From Xanthomonas campestris pv. campestris str. ATCC 33913 (GTDB lineage: Bacteria > Pseudomonadota > Gammaproteobacteria > Xanthomonadales > Xanthomonadaceae): a stretch of DNA of 32,000 nucleotides. The stretch is taken from assembly GCF_000007145.1 (NCBI RefSeq), contig NC_003902.1, positions 1,357,436 to 1,389,435 of the forward strand, written 5' to 3'. The notes below the pieces were generated by a model that searched no databases, was not told the DNA's origin, and saw only the letters and a list, made by a program, of their open reading frames with translations. The translations under genes were made by a program, and so were the position numbers. Below are positions 1 through 8,215 of the stretch, one piece after another (within the stretch, counting starts at the first letter, position 1; the number at the start of each line of letters is the position of its first letter).

Positions 1-183
1 CGTACACGTCTGCGCTGACTGCGAAGCCCAAGTCTTCATGAGCCGTCGCAACACGAACGAACCCCATCGACCGTGCGCGTGACGTCGCGCCCGTGCAGCC
101 AAACACTCTGACTCAGGCGAGCTCCGTCAAGACGCCAGCAATGCCTGCACCGCTGCGTGATCTCCAAGCAGAGCAGCCGCAGC

Positions 184-969
184 TCAGCAAGCTGCGGTGC
201 GATTGACCGTATTGGACGTCATGCCCTTGGAAGGTGCCGCCGTGTTGCCGTCCGACAGCGCCAGTTCGAGCTTGTAGCCATGCGAATACACGGTGCGAAT
301 GCGCACCGCGCCACTGTGGTTGCACAGCCGCAGTTTCTTGCGCAGCTTGTAGATGTGCTGTTCCATGGTGCGGTCGGTGAACTCGGTATGGCTACCCCAG
401 ACCGCCTTGGCCAGCTGGCAGCGGCGGAAGCACACGCCCGGATTCGAAAACAGCAGCCAGGCGATGGAGAACTCGCGCGCGGTCAAGGCAATCGCGGTCT
501 CGTGCAGGTACACCGTGTTCTTCTCGCGGAGCAGCTGATACGGGCCCACCTTGATCTGCTGGGCCTGGATGCAGGTGGCTGCCATCGGCCAAATGGCGAG
601 CGATGCGCGCACATGCAACTCGTGTGAGTTGACTGGCAGGCTGAGCACTTCGTGGGCGCCGGCGCGATACCAGGCCAGCAAGTCGTCGGGGCACTCGAAA
701 CGGCCCAGCACAATCAGTGGGGTGGGGTGACCACTGTGGCAGCGCTGCCAGGCGAGCAGGGAACTGTCGTCCGATGCCACGCAATGGGCATCGAAAACCA
801 GAAGCTCGCACGGCGAGTGGCGCAGGCAGCGCAGCAATTCGAGTTCGTCTGAAAAGATGGTGACCTCTGGGACCAGAGTCGCCAGGCTGGCGTTGATCTG
901 TGATGCCAGCCGCGCGTCCTGCGTCAGTACGAATGCCGATCCTTGGCGGTCATTCGCAGCGGCGTCCAT
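184..969 (-). CDS. hrpG: OmpR/PhoB-family response regulator with degenerate receiver domain; interpreted as HrpG, master regulator of hrp/type III secretion genes
   Basis: ORF 184..984 (-). ATG at 969 is preferred (261 aa); GTG at 984 is possible. C-terminal winged-helix signature: GPYQLLREKNTVYLHETAIALTAREFSIAWLL...TMEQHIYKLRKKL...RTVYSHGYKL. N-terminal REC-like fold with Asp in ELLVFD. It is divergent from an adjacent 476-aa AraC-type gene, which is the Xanthomonas hrpG/hrpX arrangement. With the ATG-969 numbering, Glu44 (DELELL) and Asp60 fall where I recall the HrpG* E44K site and the phospho-acceptor (from memory, not searched). Confidence 0.7.
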   Translation of the reverse strand: MDAAANDRQGSAFVLTQDARLASQINASLATLVPEVTIFSDELELLRCLRHSPCELLVFDAHCVASDDSSLLAWQRCHSGHPTPLIVLGRFECPDDLLAWYRAGAHEVLSLPVNSHELHVRASLAIWPMAATCIQAQQIKVGPYQLLREKNTVYLHETAIALTAREFSIAWLLFSNPGVCFRRCQLAKAVWGSHTEFTDRTMEQHIYKLRKKLRLCNHSGAVRIRTVYSHGYKLELALSDGNTAAPSKGMTSNTVNRTAAC

Positions 970-1102
970 CACTCGCGCGCCCACGCCGGCGGTACGGGCG
1001 CAGCCCAGACCATGGAACTGAGCACAACAGGCTTACTAAAGGTATCCAGGCACATAGCCATATCACTCGACCGCTTCGGGGGGATCTGACCTGCGTCAGA
1101 CG

Positions 1103-1118
1103 AATGGTATATACCATT
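1103..1118. promoter_or_regulatory. Perfect 16-bp AT-rich palindrome AATGGTATATACCATT in the hrpG-hrpX spacer; candidate operator
   Basis: Read directly; the sequence is self-complementary over 16/16 positions. It lies about 135 nt upstream of the hrpG ATG and is preceded by a small hairpin CTGAC-CTGC-GTCAG (1086..1099). No binding protein is assigned. Confidence 0.3.
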
Positions 1119-1794
1119 GCGGAGGCGAAAAGTTTCGTTGCCTAGCGCGAATTCCGATCAGCGGAGTCATCCGCTTTAGCGGGTGGTCAGTTAGCCGCAA
1201 CACAGCTCTTACTCTCTAGTTATGCAATCGTCGTCTGACGCATAGGGCTGGTTGGGGCGTTTTAATTCGGTCGGGTTGCTGCACACAAAACCCCATGCTG
1301 GAGCGGCGGCATGCCAACGTGCAGGTGTAGACCAAGGTATAGAGATTTTGCTGACTCCCTGCGCGAGAAAGAATATCTCGAGGGACTTGACTATCGCGCC
1401 GCTGAACAAAATGCTCTTGTAATTACAGGTGGACCGGCGAATCGCCGGAAAACAGCGTGTGCCCTCATTGCACTGGATTAACGGCCATTTGACATTGAGC
1501 GCGAGCGATCGCAGATGTTTAGCGCGCCTTCGCGCATCTGCGTGCCGAACACCGCATCCGTACGCCCACGCATCGTCCTGTGATGCACCGTCAAGATACG
1601 CCGGCGCATCGTCTGGCCTTCGTCGCTATGCAGGTGCGGGATCCACTTCGCAGTTTGCAAGACAGAGTGAGAATTTTTGAATTTCTAGCTGCTGCGAAGT
1701 GAGAAATTCTATTGGATCCGCTGCATACAATCGTTTGCGCCCACCACAACGGCGCCTTTTGTTGTTTTTGCTCCTCCCCTTCAGAGAGCCCGGC

Positions 1795-3225
1795 ATGATC
1801 CTTTCGACCTACTTCGCAGCGATCTCTGCGTTGTCTTACGCAGACCGTCTTCCGATCTATACGAGCAGGATGCTTGTTGGTGCTTGGCCACAGGGTCTGC
1901 AGCACCTCCAGCAACGTCGCGAGGGGCAGGCAGCTCCGGATGGCAGCGACGACGAAGTCGCATTGCTGGGCGCCAGCGCCGATGCCTTGTTGATTCTGGA
2001 GTATCAGGAAGAGGCAGAGGATGCCTATCGGCAGGCGTCCAAGGCGATGCGTGGGCACCAGCGGCAGCTGCGCCTGCTGTCGTGCCGCAACACCGCGTGG
2101 CTGATGTTGAGCCAGCGCCGGCTGAGTGCAGCGCTCAATTGCTTTGCGCAACTGGCCATGGACCGCGATACCCCGGCGGTGCTGTGTGGCGAGAGCCTGC
2201 TCGGCAAGGCGCTGACCCACTTCCACCTGGGCCAGAGCACCCTGGCACTGCAGACGCTGGAACGCGCGCAAGAGGTGGTTTCCGAGCTGGAGCTCGGTGC
2301 GGCGGACTGGACGCGTGTGGTCGGCGCGCTGCGTCTGGACCTGATCGCCCAGCTGCGGATCCGGCGCGGCGAGCGCATGAGCGACCACGTGTTCTGGCAG
2401 GCCACGCTGCGCCAGGAAGATGCCGCGCATACCTTCGAGGCCAGCGAGCTGCGTGCCTGCATCGCCGATCTGTCCGAGAGCATGCCGGTGCTGGCGCAAC
2501 GCATGCGCCATGTGCGCAATCTGCTGCGCATTGCTGGTGGAGACATCTTCGGCTTCGACGCGCAGATCGATGCCTTGCCCGCAGCGGCCACCGGTTGCCC
2601 GCCATGCGCGCGGCAGGATGCGCAAGTGGAGCTGGCGCTGGCCGCATTGGCGGTTGGGCGTGCGGACCTGGCCGAACGCGCGCTGGCCGGTGCCGGGCGC
2701 CATCACGCGCCGCGCTGGAACCTGGAGTTCGAGTATTGCCAGGCCAAGATCAGCCAGGCACTGGGACGTGCCGAGCAAGCCTTGCTGCTCTACAACCGCT
2801 ACGCCCTGGGGGCTGTGCAATGCCTGCGCAGCGAGGTCCAGGCGCCGCGGTTGCTGGAAAGCGGCACACCGGCGCATGTCAGCGATGACATTTCCGCCCG
2901 CCTGCCGGCCAAGTACCGGCGTGCCTACGCGTACATGATCACCAATGCCCATCGATCGGACCTGTCGATCAACGAGGTCGCCGCGCAGATCGGGGTGACC
3001 GGGCGCGCGCTGCAGCAGGCCTTCAAATCAGCGACCGGCTTGTCGCCGACCCAGGTGCTGCGCCGGTATCGCATGCAGGGCATCCGCGATGAACTGTTGG
3101 CCGATGGCGGTTGTGGCAGCGTGCTGCAGGCGGCGAGCCGCTGGGGTGTGGGCAGTCGCTCGGCGCTGGCCAAGGGCTATCGCCAGCATTTCAATGAAGC
3201 GCCGATGGAAACCCTGCAACGCTAA
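1795..3225 (+). CDS. hrpX: AraC-family transcriptional activator with large N-terminal helical domain; interpreted as HrpX
   Basis: ORF 1699..3225. The in-frame ATG at 1795 (MILSTYFAA...) gives 476 aa, the length I recall for Xanthomonas HrpX. C-terminal AraC double HTH: DLSINEVAAQIGVTGRALQQAFKSATGLSPTQVLRRYRMQGIRDEL...SRSALAKGYRQHFNEAPMETL. Divergent from the OmpR-type gene at 184..969. Confidence 0.72.
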   Translation: MILSTYFAAISALSYADRLPIYTSRMLVGAWPQGLQHLQQRREGQAAPDGSDDEVALLGASADALLILEYQEEAEDAYRQASKAMRGHQRQLRLLSCRNTAWLMLSQRRLSAALNCFAQLAMDRDTPAVLCGESLLGKALTHFHLGQSTLALQTLERAQEVVSELELGAADWTRVVGALRLDLIAQLRIRRGERMSDHVFWQATLRQEDAAHTFEASELRACIADLSESMPVLAQRMRHVRNLLRIAGGDIFGFDAQIDALPAAATGCPPCARQDAQVELALAALAVGRADLAERALAGAGRHHAPRWNLEFEYCQAKISQALGRAEQALLLYNRYALGAVQCLRSEVQAPRLLESGTPAHVSDDISARLPAKYRRAYAYMITNAHRSDLSINEVAAQIGVTGRALQQAFKSATGLSPTQVLRRYRMQGIRDELLADGGCGSVLQAASRWGVGSRSALAKGYRQHFNEAPMETLQR

Positions 3226-3230
3226 GCAGG

Positions 3231-3260
3231 CCGCTGCCCTGCAGCAATGCAGGGCAGCGG
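3231..3260 (+). terminator. Perfect 13-bp stem with GCAA tetraloop, 6 nt after the hrpX stop; no U-tract
   Basis: CCGCTGCCCTGCA (3231..3243), loop GCAA, TGCAGGGCAGCGG (3248..3260). The arms are exact reverse complements. The following sequence TGAGCGGG is not T-rich, so intrinsic termination is uncertain. Confidence 0.45.
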
Positions 3261-3627
3261 TGAGCGGGTAGAGGGGTGGCACGCGGCGGCGATGCGCCCC
3301 TGTTCGCGCTGTGCCGGACGTTGGCTCAGCCGGCGTTTATGCGCAGCGCGCTTGCACGAAGCAGGCGTGACGTTTGCAGTTTTTGCCGGCAAATCCGGCC
3401 GTTTTGCAGCGCTTTGCAAGAGTGTGCTGCCGGGCCTTGAATACCCGGCACCTATGTAACGATGGATGTAACGCTGGGATCTGTTGCCTGAGAAGGCCGG
3501 CCTGTGCCGCCGGCGCGGCGCGTACGTGCGCGGTCCGTGGCTTGCGGCTATCCTTTCCGGCTCGCATTGCCACCCAGGCAGGCGTGTCCGAGGATGGACG
3601 CGGCCGCCAAGGACACGACGACCGATC

Positions 3628-5502
3628 ATGCAAGATCCCATCAATGAGGCGACGGACGCCTCGCAGATCCGCCGCGCAGGCGTCGATCTCAACGGGCTCA
3701 TGTCCGTACTCAGCAAGCATTTGTATTCGACGCCGGTGGTCGCGTTGCGCGAGCTGGTGCAGAACGCGCACGACTCGATCCTGCGCCGGCGCCTGGAGCA
3801 GCCGGAGTGGGGTGGTGCGTCGCTGATCGAAGTGCATGGCGATCCCGCCCAGGGCACCGTGCGCATCATCGATACCGGCGCCGGGCTGACCCAACAGGAG
3901 ATCCACGACTATCTGGCCACCGTGGGCGTGGGCTACACCCGCGGCCTGCGTCAGGGCGGGCATGAAGACAGCGGCCTGATCGGCATGTTCGGGCTGGGCT
4001 TCCTGTCGGCATTCGTCCTGGCACGGCGGGTCACCGTGCGCACCACCTCGTATCAGACGCCGACGCTGGGCCATTGCTATGTGTCCAGCAATGCCGAGCA
4101 ATACACGGTGAGCCCGATTGCCGCACGTGCCCAGGTCGGCACCGAGGTGGTGCTGGAGCTGCATCCGAATTATCTGCCGTTGGCCCAGGAGGGCCGCCTG
4201 CGCGAGATCCTGTCGCAGTACTGCGCGCTGTTGCGCGAGCCGATCCAGATTGGCCGCGATGCACAGCCGATCAACCCGGAGCCGCCGCCGTGGCGCATGG
4301 TCGATGCGGTGCCGTTGCATCCGGTGCAGGCCTGGCGCCGCCAGCGCGAATTTGCCGCGCGCTTCGAGCGTAACTTCGAGCCGTTGTGCTGCATGCCGGT
4401 GCGCAGCGACGAAGGCAGCGATGCAGTCGGTCTGTTGTGGGTGCAGGATGGGGCGACCTACGGCACCAGCGATAACCGCAATCTGTCGGTTTTTTTGCGT
4501 GGCATGTTGCTCCATGACAACGCGCGCGAATTGCTGCCGCCATGGGCCGGTTTCATCGGTGGGGTGATCGAATCCAACCGCTTGACGCCCACTGCCAGCC
4601 GCGAAGATTTGCAGCGCGATGCGGTGTACAGCGCGGTGCAACACGCACTCTCCGAAGCCTTGGTGCAAGGTCTGGCCGAGGTCGCGCGTCAGCAGCCGGA
4701 GGCATGGCGCCGCATCCTGCTCCGCCACAACGAAGCGCTGCTGGGCGCGGCGTTGTGCGACGAGCGCCTGTTCGAATTGTTGATGGAACACGTGCGCGTT
4801 CCCACCTCGCAAGGCGATCTGCCGGCGCAGCAACTGCCGGCGCATGGTGCGGTGCACGTAATCCTGGACAGCGACGCCGGCTTCGAGGAAATGCTGTTCC
4901 GCGCCATGGGCGTGCCGGTGGCCTATGGCAACCGCTATGCGGTGGTGCCGTTCCTGCGCCGCTGGGCGCAGGCCAAGGGCGTGCGGCTGGTCGAACTGGG
5001 CACCGAACAAGGCAACCGGCAGCTGTTCCATCTGGACAGCCTGCCTGCCGACGAACTGGCCTGGCTGGAGCAGCACCTGGGCGATGGCGAGGCCCTGGTG
5101 CCGGCGCGTTTCAGCCCGGAGGAATTGCCGCTGGTGGTGGTGCCCGACCGTGAGGCGGAGCTCAAGCGGCGTCTGGAACAGGACGAGAACGACAAGCGCG
5201 TCTCGACCGCGGCCTTGCGCCTGGCGCGGCAGTTCACCGCGCGCATCGAATCGCAACAGACCCAGCGGCTGTATCTGAATCTGGACACCCCTGCCTTGCA
5301 GTCGCTGCTGGCTGCGTACCGCGCGGGCAACCCGCAGGCGGCCGTCGCCGCGCGTTTGCTGCGTTCGCTCAAGGTGATTGTTGCTGCACAGGGCCGCACC
5401 CAGCAGACGCCAGGCGCGGCCGAAGCGGAGGCGGGTGTGTCTGCGTTGAATCGGGCCTTCGGCGATTTTGCCGCGGCTGTCACCCACTTGCTGGCGCGCT
5501 GA
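3628..5502 (+). CDS. Hsp90-family (HtpG-like) GHKL ATPase paralogue, 624 aa
   Basis: ORF 3484..5502; ATG at 3628 (MQDPINE...) is preferred. Bergerat-fold motifs occur in Hsp90 order: VVALRELVQNAHDSILRR (cf. Hsp90 ELISNASDA), VRIIDTGAGLTQQEIHDYLATVG (cf. DNGIGMT), GLIGMFGLGFLSAFVLA (cf. GQFGVGFYSAF). The remainder is not recognisably canonical HtpG by eye. No MEEVD-type C-terminus. Confidence 0.8.
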   Translation: MQDPINEATDASQIRRAGVDLNGLMSVLSKHLYSTPVVALRELVQNAHDSILRRRLEQPEWGGASLIEVHGDPAQGTVRIIDTGAGLTQQEIHDYLATVGVGYTRGLRQGGHEDSGLIGMFGLGFLSAFVLARRVTVRTTSYQTPTLGHCYVSSNAEQYTVSPIAARAQVGTEVVLELHPNYLPLAQEGRLREILSQYCALLREPIQIGRDAQPINPEPPPWRMVDAVPLHPVQAWRRQREFAARFERNFEPLCCMPVRSDEGSDAVGLLWVQDGATYGTSDNRNLSVFLRGMLLHDNARELLPPWAGFIGGVIESNRLTPTASREDLQRDAVYSAVQHALSEALVQGLAEVARQQPEAWRRILLRHNEALLGAALCDERLFELLMEHVRVPTSQGDLPAQQLPAHGAVHVILDSDAGFEEMLFRAMGVPVAYGNRYAVVPFLRRWAQAKGVRLVELGTEQGNRQLFHLDSLPADELAWLEQHLGDGEALVPARFSPEELPLVVVPDREAELKRRLEQDENDKRVSTAALRLARQFTARIESQQTQRLYLNLDTPALQSLLAAYRAGNPQAAVAARLLRSLKVIVAAQGRTQQTPGAAEAEAGVSALNRAFGDFAAAVTHLLAR

Positions 5503-5524
5503 GCGCCGGATCAAAGGACGCGTC

Positions 5525-7849
5525 ATGGAAATCTGGAACTGGGTGGAAAAACTGCAGGACGATCTGGGCGAAGCCGGGCAGCCGCAAAATGCGCAGCTGC
5601 TGACACGCCTGACCGATCACATCTGCGATCTGCAGATCGAGCGTGCCGAGGCGCTATTGCCGGAGGCGCGCGCGCTGGGCAAGACCCTGGCCAACCCGTG
5701 GCTGGAAGTGTTCGTCGGGCATTGGGAAATGCGCAACCGGGTGGGCAACCTGTGCGAGGGCGAACGTGCGTTGGGCGATGCGGTGTCGCTGTTCGAACGC
5801 GCGCACCGCCCCGATGCGGTGGAATGCCCGCAGTCGGTGTGTGTGACCCAGGACCTGGCGGCGTGTTACGCCAACATCGATGGCCCGGGCTGGGTGCAAG
5901 AGCGCATCGAGGTATGCGAAGAAACCCTGGCGCGCATCGACCCCAGCTGGTCGTGCTACCAGTGCCTGAGCTGCGAAAAGGCCGACGCCTTGCTCGACGA
6001 TGGCCGCGGCGATGCGGCGCTGGCGTATCTGGAGCAGCAGTCGGGAACCATCCTGGCGCACGGCGGCGAGATCTACGACGGCGTGCCGGACATGCGTATC
6101 TCGATCCTGCTGGCGCTGGGCCGCGCTGCCGAGGCGCTGGAACTGGTCGAGCAGCGCGAGCGCGAGGCTGCGCGCGAAGGCGCGGAGTGGGCCAACTGCA
6201 GCCAGCCGCGTCAGTTGCAGAAAACCCGCGCGCTGGCCTTGTTGGGGCGCGACGAAGAGGCCATGCAGGCCCTGCTGCTGTGGCGCGATGTGGCGCCGCG
6301 CTATCGCCTGCACTGGTTGCGTGCGGTGGCGGTGCTGGTGTCGCGCGCGCCCGAGCGCAACAGCTGGGACCTGGGCAGCCGCGTGCAGACCATGCTGGAC
6401 CACTACGCGCAGGTGGGTGCGCACCGCATCTTGATCGAAGCAGCGGAGCTTGCGATCGGGATGGCCTTGCAGCGCGGCGCGGTGTGGACCGCGCGCCGGC
6501 ACCTGGCGCTGGCCCGCGCGCATGTGCCCAGGCTGCGGCTGGACCGTGGCGCCACCGAGTTGCTGAACACCCTGGCCGCACGCATCGATGCGGCGCCGGT
6601 GAGCGCGCCGCCGCCGGCGCCCGCCGACCAGTTGCTGGCGTGGTTGTCCGCGCAGGACCAGGAGTCCGCGCGCAATCCGGAACAGGAAGCGCAGTGGTTG
6701 CTGCAGGCAGTGGCCGAGCGGCCCGACGATGCCGAACTGGTGGACACCACCGCATCGGCCTTGAGCGCATGCGCAGCCGATGAAGACGCGATCGCCTTGC
6801 TGTGGCAGTTCGTGCAGCGGCACGCCGATCGCGAAACCAGCCCCACGTTCCGGCTGATGAATCTCTTGCTCGGCCGTGGCGACGAGGCCAGCGTGTGCCG
6901 TCTGGCGCAGCTGTATCGTGCCCAGGTGCCGGTGGCGGCGTTGTGGTGCGAAGCGCAGCTGGCACAGCGGCTGGCCGACTGGCCCGCGCTGGAGCAGGCC
7001 TGCGCCGCATTGCTGGCGCTCTCGCCGAGCTCGCACGGTGCGCGCGGGCTGTTGGCGCGCATGTACCTCAACACCGGGCGTTTCGCCGAGTCGGCCGACG
7101 TCTATCGGCAGCTGACTGAGCTACTGGAAGAACCACGCTCGGCATATTGGGACCACATGACCGCCGCCAGTGCGGCGCAGGACTGGGACGCAGTGCGTGC
7201 CTGCGCGCAGGCAATCGGCATGGAGTTGAGCAGCACCAGTGGCGTGGTCGAGGAGACCTGGGGCTGGGTGATCATCCGCTGCATCGAAGACGGCGAAGTG
7301 GCCGAGTATTACGCGCGCCGCACCGGGCCGGTGACCGCACGCATCGTTGAAAATGCGCCGTCGCAGCGCCGCCAGCACGTGGGCGACTGGGTGGTGTTCG
7401 ACGCGGAGCTGGTGTATCCGCCGCCGGAGGATGAAGCCGAACGCGCACGCTTCGTGCCGACCTATCCGCAGGTGCATGTGCTGCAGGCCGGCGGCTACGG
7501 CAACAGCTGGCTGGTGGATGGCGTGCATCCGGGCGAGCCGGCGATCGACGCCTTGCGCAAGGACATTGAAGCGCGTGGGTGGACGCTGTGGGTGCACAGC
7601 CGCGACGACTATCGCCTGATCGATCCGGACAATGCAGATGCCTTCGATGCGGAAGACCCGCAGTCCGGATTGCCGGGCGTGCTGTTCACCGTCGCCCTGC
7701 CGGAGGCAGTGCCACCGCTGGAACTGCACCGCGCGCTGGTGATGGCGACGGCCGGCTGGCCGCACCGCATGTGCTGGATGCGGCTTGCCGAAGCCTGCGA
7801 CCAGGACACCACCCCGCATATGCAGGCGATCGAGCGCTACGGTCTGTAA
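5525..7849 (+). CDS. Uncharacterised 774-aa protein: Ala/Leu-rich helical-repeat (TPR-like) body, N-proximal 7-Cys cluster, distinct C-terminal domain of about 200 aa
   Basis: ORF 5468..7849. The ATG at 5525 is preceded by AAAGGA and lies 22 nt after the upstream stop. Coding is supported by length and by the following terminator. I recognise no family signature. The TPR-like call rests only on repeated helix-turn-helix-looking A/L/R/E-rich segments. Confidence 0.75.
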   Translation: MEIWNWVEKLQDDLGEAGQPQNAQLLTRLTDHICDLQIERAEALLPEARALGKTLANPWLEVFVGHWEMRNRVGNLCEGERALGDAVSLFERAHRPDAVECPQSVCVTQDLAACYANIDGPGWVQERIEVCEETLARIDPSWSCYQCLSCEKADALLDDGRGDAALAYLEQQSGTILAHGGEIYDGVPDMRISILLALGRAAEALELVEQREREAAREGAEWANCSQPRQLQKTRALALLGRDEEAMQALLLWRDVAPRYRLHWLRAVAVLVSRAPERNSWDLGSRVQTMLDHYAQVGAHRILIEAAELAIGMALQRGAVWTARRHLALARAHVPRLRLDRGATELLNTLAARIDAAPVSAPPPAPADQLLAWLSAQDQESARNPEQEAQWLLQAVAERPDDAELVDTTASALSACAADEDAIALLWQFVQRHADRETSPTFRLMNLLLGRGDEASVCRLAQLYRAQVPVAALWCEAQLAQRLADWPALEQACAALLALSPSSHGARGLLARMYLNTGRFAESADVYRQLTELLEEPRSAYWDHMTAASAAQDWDAVRACAQAIGMELSSTSGVVEETWGWVIIRCIEDGEVAEYYARRTGPVTARIVENAPSQRRQHVGDWVVFDAELVYPPPEDEAERARFVPTYPQVHVLQAGGYGNSWLVDGVHPGEPAIDALRKDIEARGWTLWVHSRDDYRLIDPDNADAFDAEDPQSGLPGVLFTVALPEAVPPLELHRALVMATAGWPHRMCWMRLAEACDQDTTPHMQAIERYGL

Positions 7850-7863
7850 GACCGCCAGTGGTT

Positions 7864-7900
7864 ACGGCGCGCTGCGGTTCTCGTGGCGCGCCGTTTTTTT
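7864..7900 (+). terminator. Rho-independent terminator after the 774-aa gene
   Basis: ACGGCGCGC (7864..7872), 13-nt loop, GCGCGCCGT (7886..7894), followed by a T7 run to 7900. It starts 15 nt after the stop at 7849. Confidence 0.65.
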
Positions 7901-8215
7901 AGTAGGGGAGCGCAATGCGGGCGCTGATGTCTTTAGCCCGGTAAGCGCGATGACCCTGGAATTTTTTTGACGCTCAAGCTGGCGTCATTGAATCTGCAGA
8001 AACAGCGGAATGTTCGCGTGGCTTGGGCGCGCACGCGAAATGGCGGCGTAACGCTTGCGTGTGATCTCGCAGCGACTGGCACGACATTTCTCGCGCTTAT
8101 GCCACGCGTTCTGCATCCGGCCAAACGTCCAGCAAGACTGGCGTGCACGATGCGCCGCGCCAGTCTGCGACCGTGTGCGTTGCATTTTCAGCAAGGCACA
8201 CCTTCAAGAGCTGAC

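Noticed and set aside
1-39. Possible minus-strand gene start (ATG at 39, MKTWASQSAQTCT...) running off the left edge
   Set aside because: Only 13 codons are visible, with no RBS or motif evidence.
1619-1651. Possible PIP box (TTCGT ... TTCGC) upstream of hrpX
   Set aside because: The two half-sites are separated by 23 nt, not the required 15. Other isolated TTCGC motifs that I checked at 1529, 3303, 8013, 9478 and 9628 also lack a partner at N15. My scan was by eye and covered only intergenic regions.
1209-1680. Small ORFs in the hrpG-hrpX spacer (1209..1409 minus, 1429..1680 plus, 1478..1660 minus)
   Set aside because: They have non-ATG starts, no ribosome-binding sites, no motifs and atypical composition. 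I cannot support them as genes, although an sRNA or small peptide is not excluded (see finding).
3337-5526. 729-aa minus-strand ORF antisense to the Hsp90-like gene. Similar long antisense ORFs occur at 13392..15413 (-), 24872..26839 (+), 1591..2952 (-), 5523..7010 (-), 5654..7036 (-), 9898..11286 (-) and 27854..29215 (-).
   Set aside because: All lie opposite genes with strong domain signatures. They are Arg/Ala/Gly/Pro/His-rich with no recognisable motifs. They are explained by stop-codon depletion in GC-rich antisense frames.
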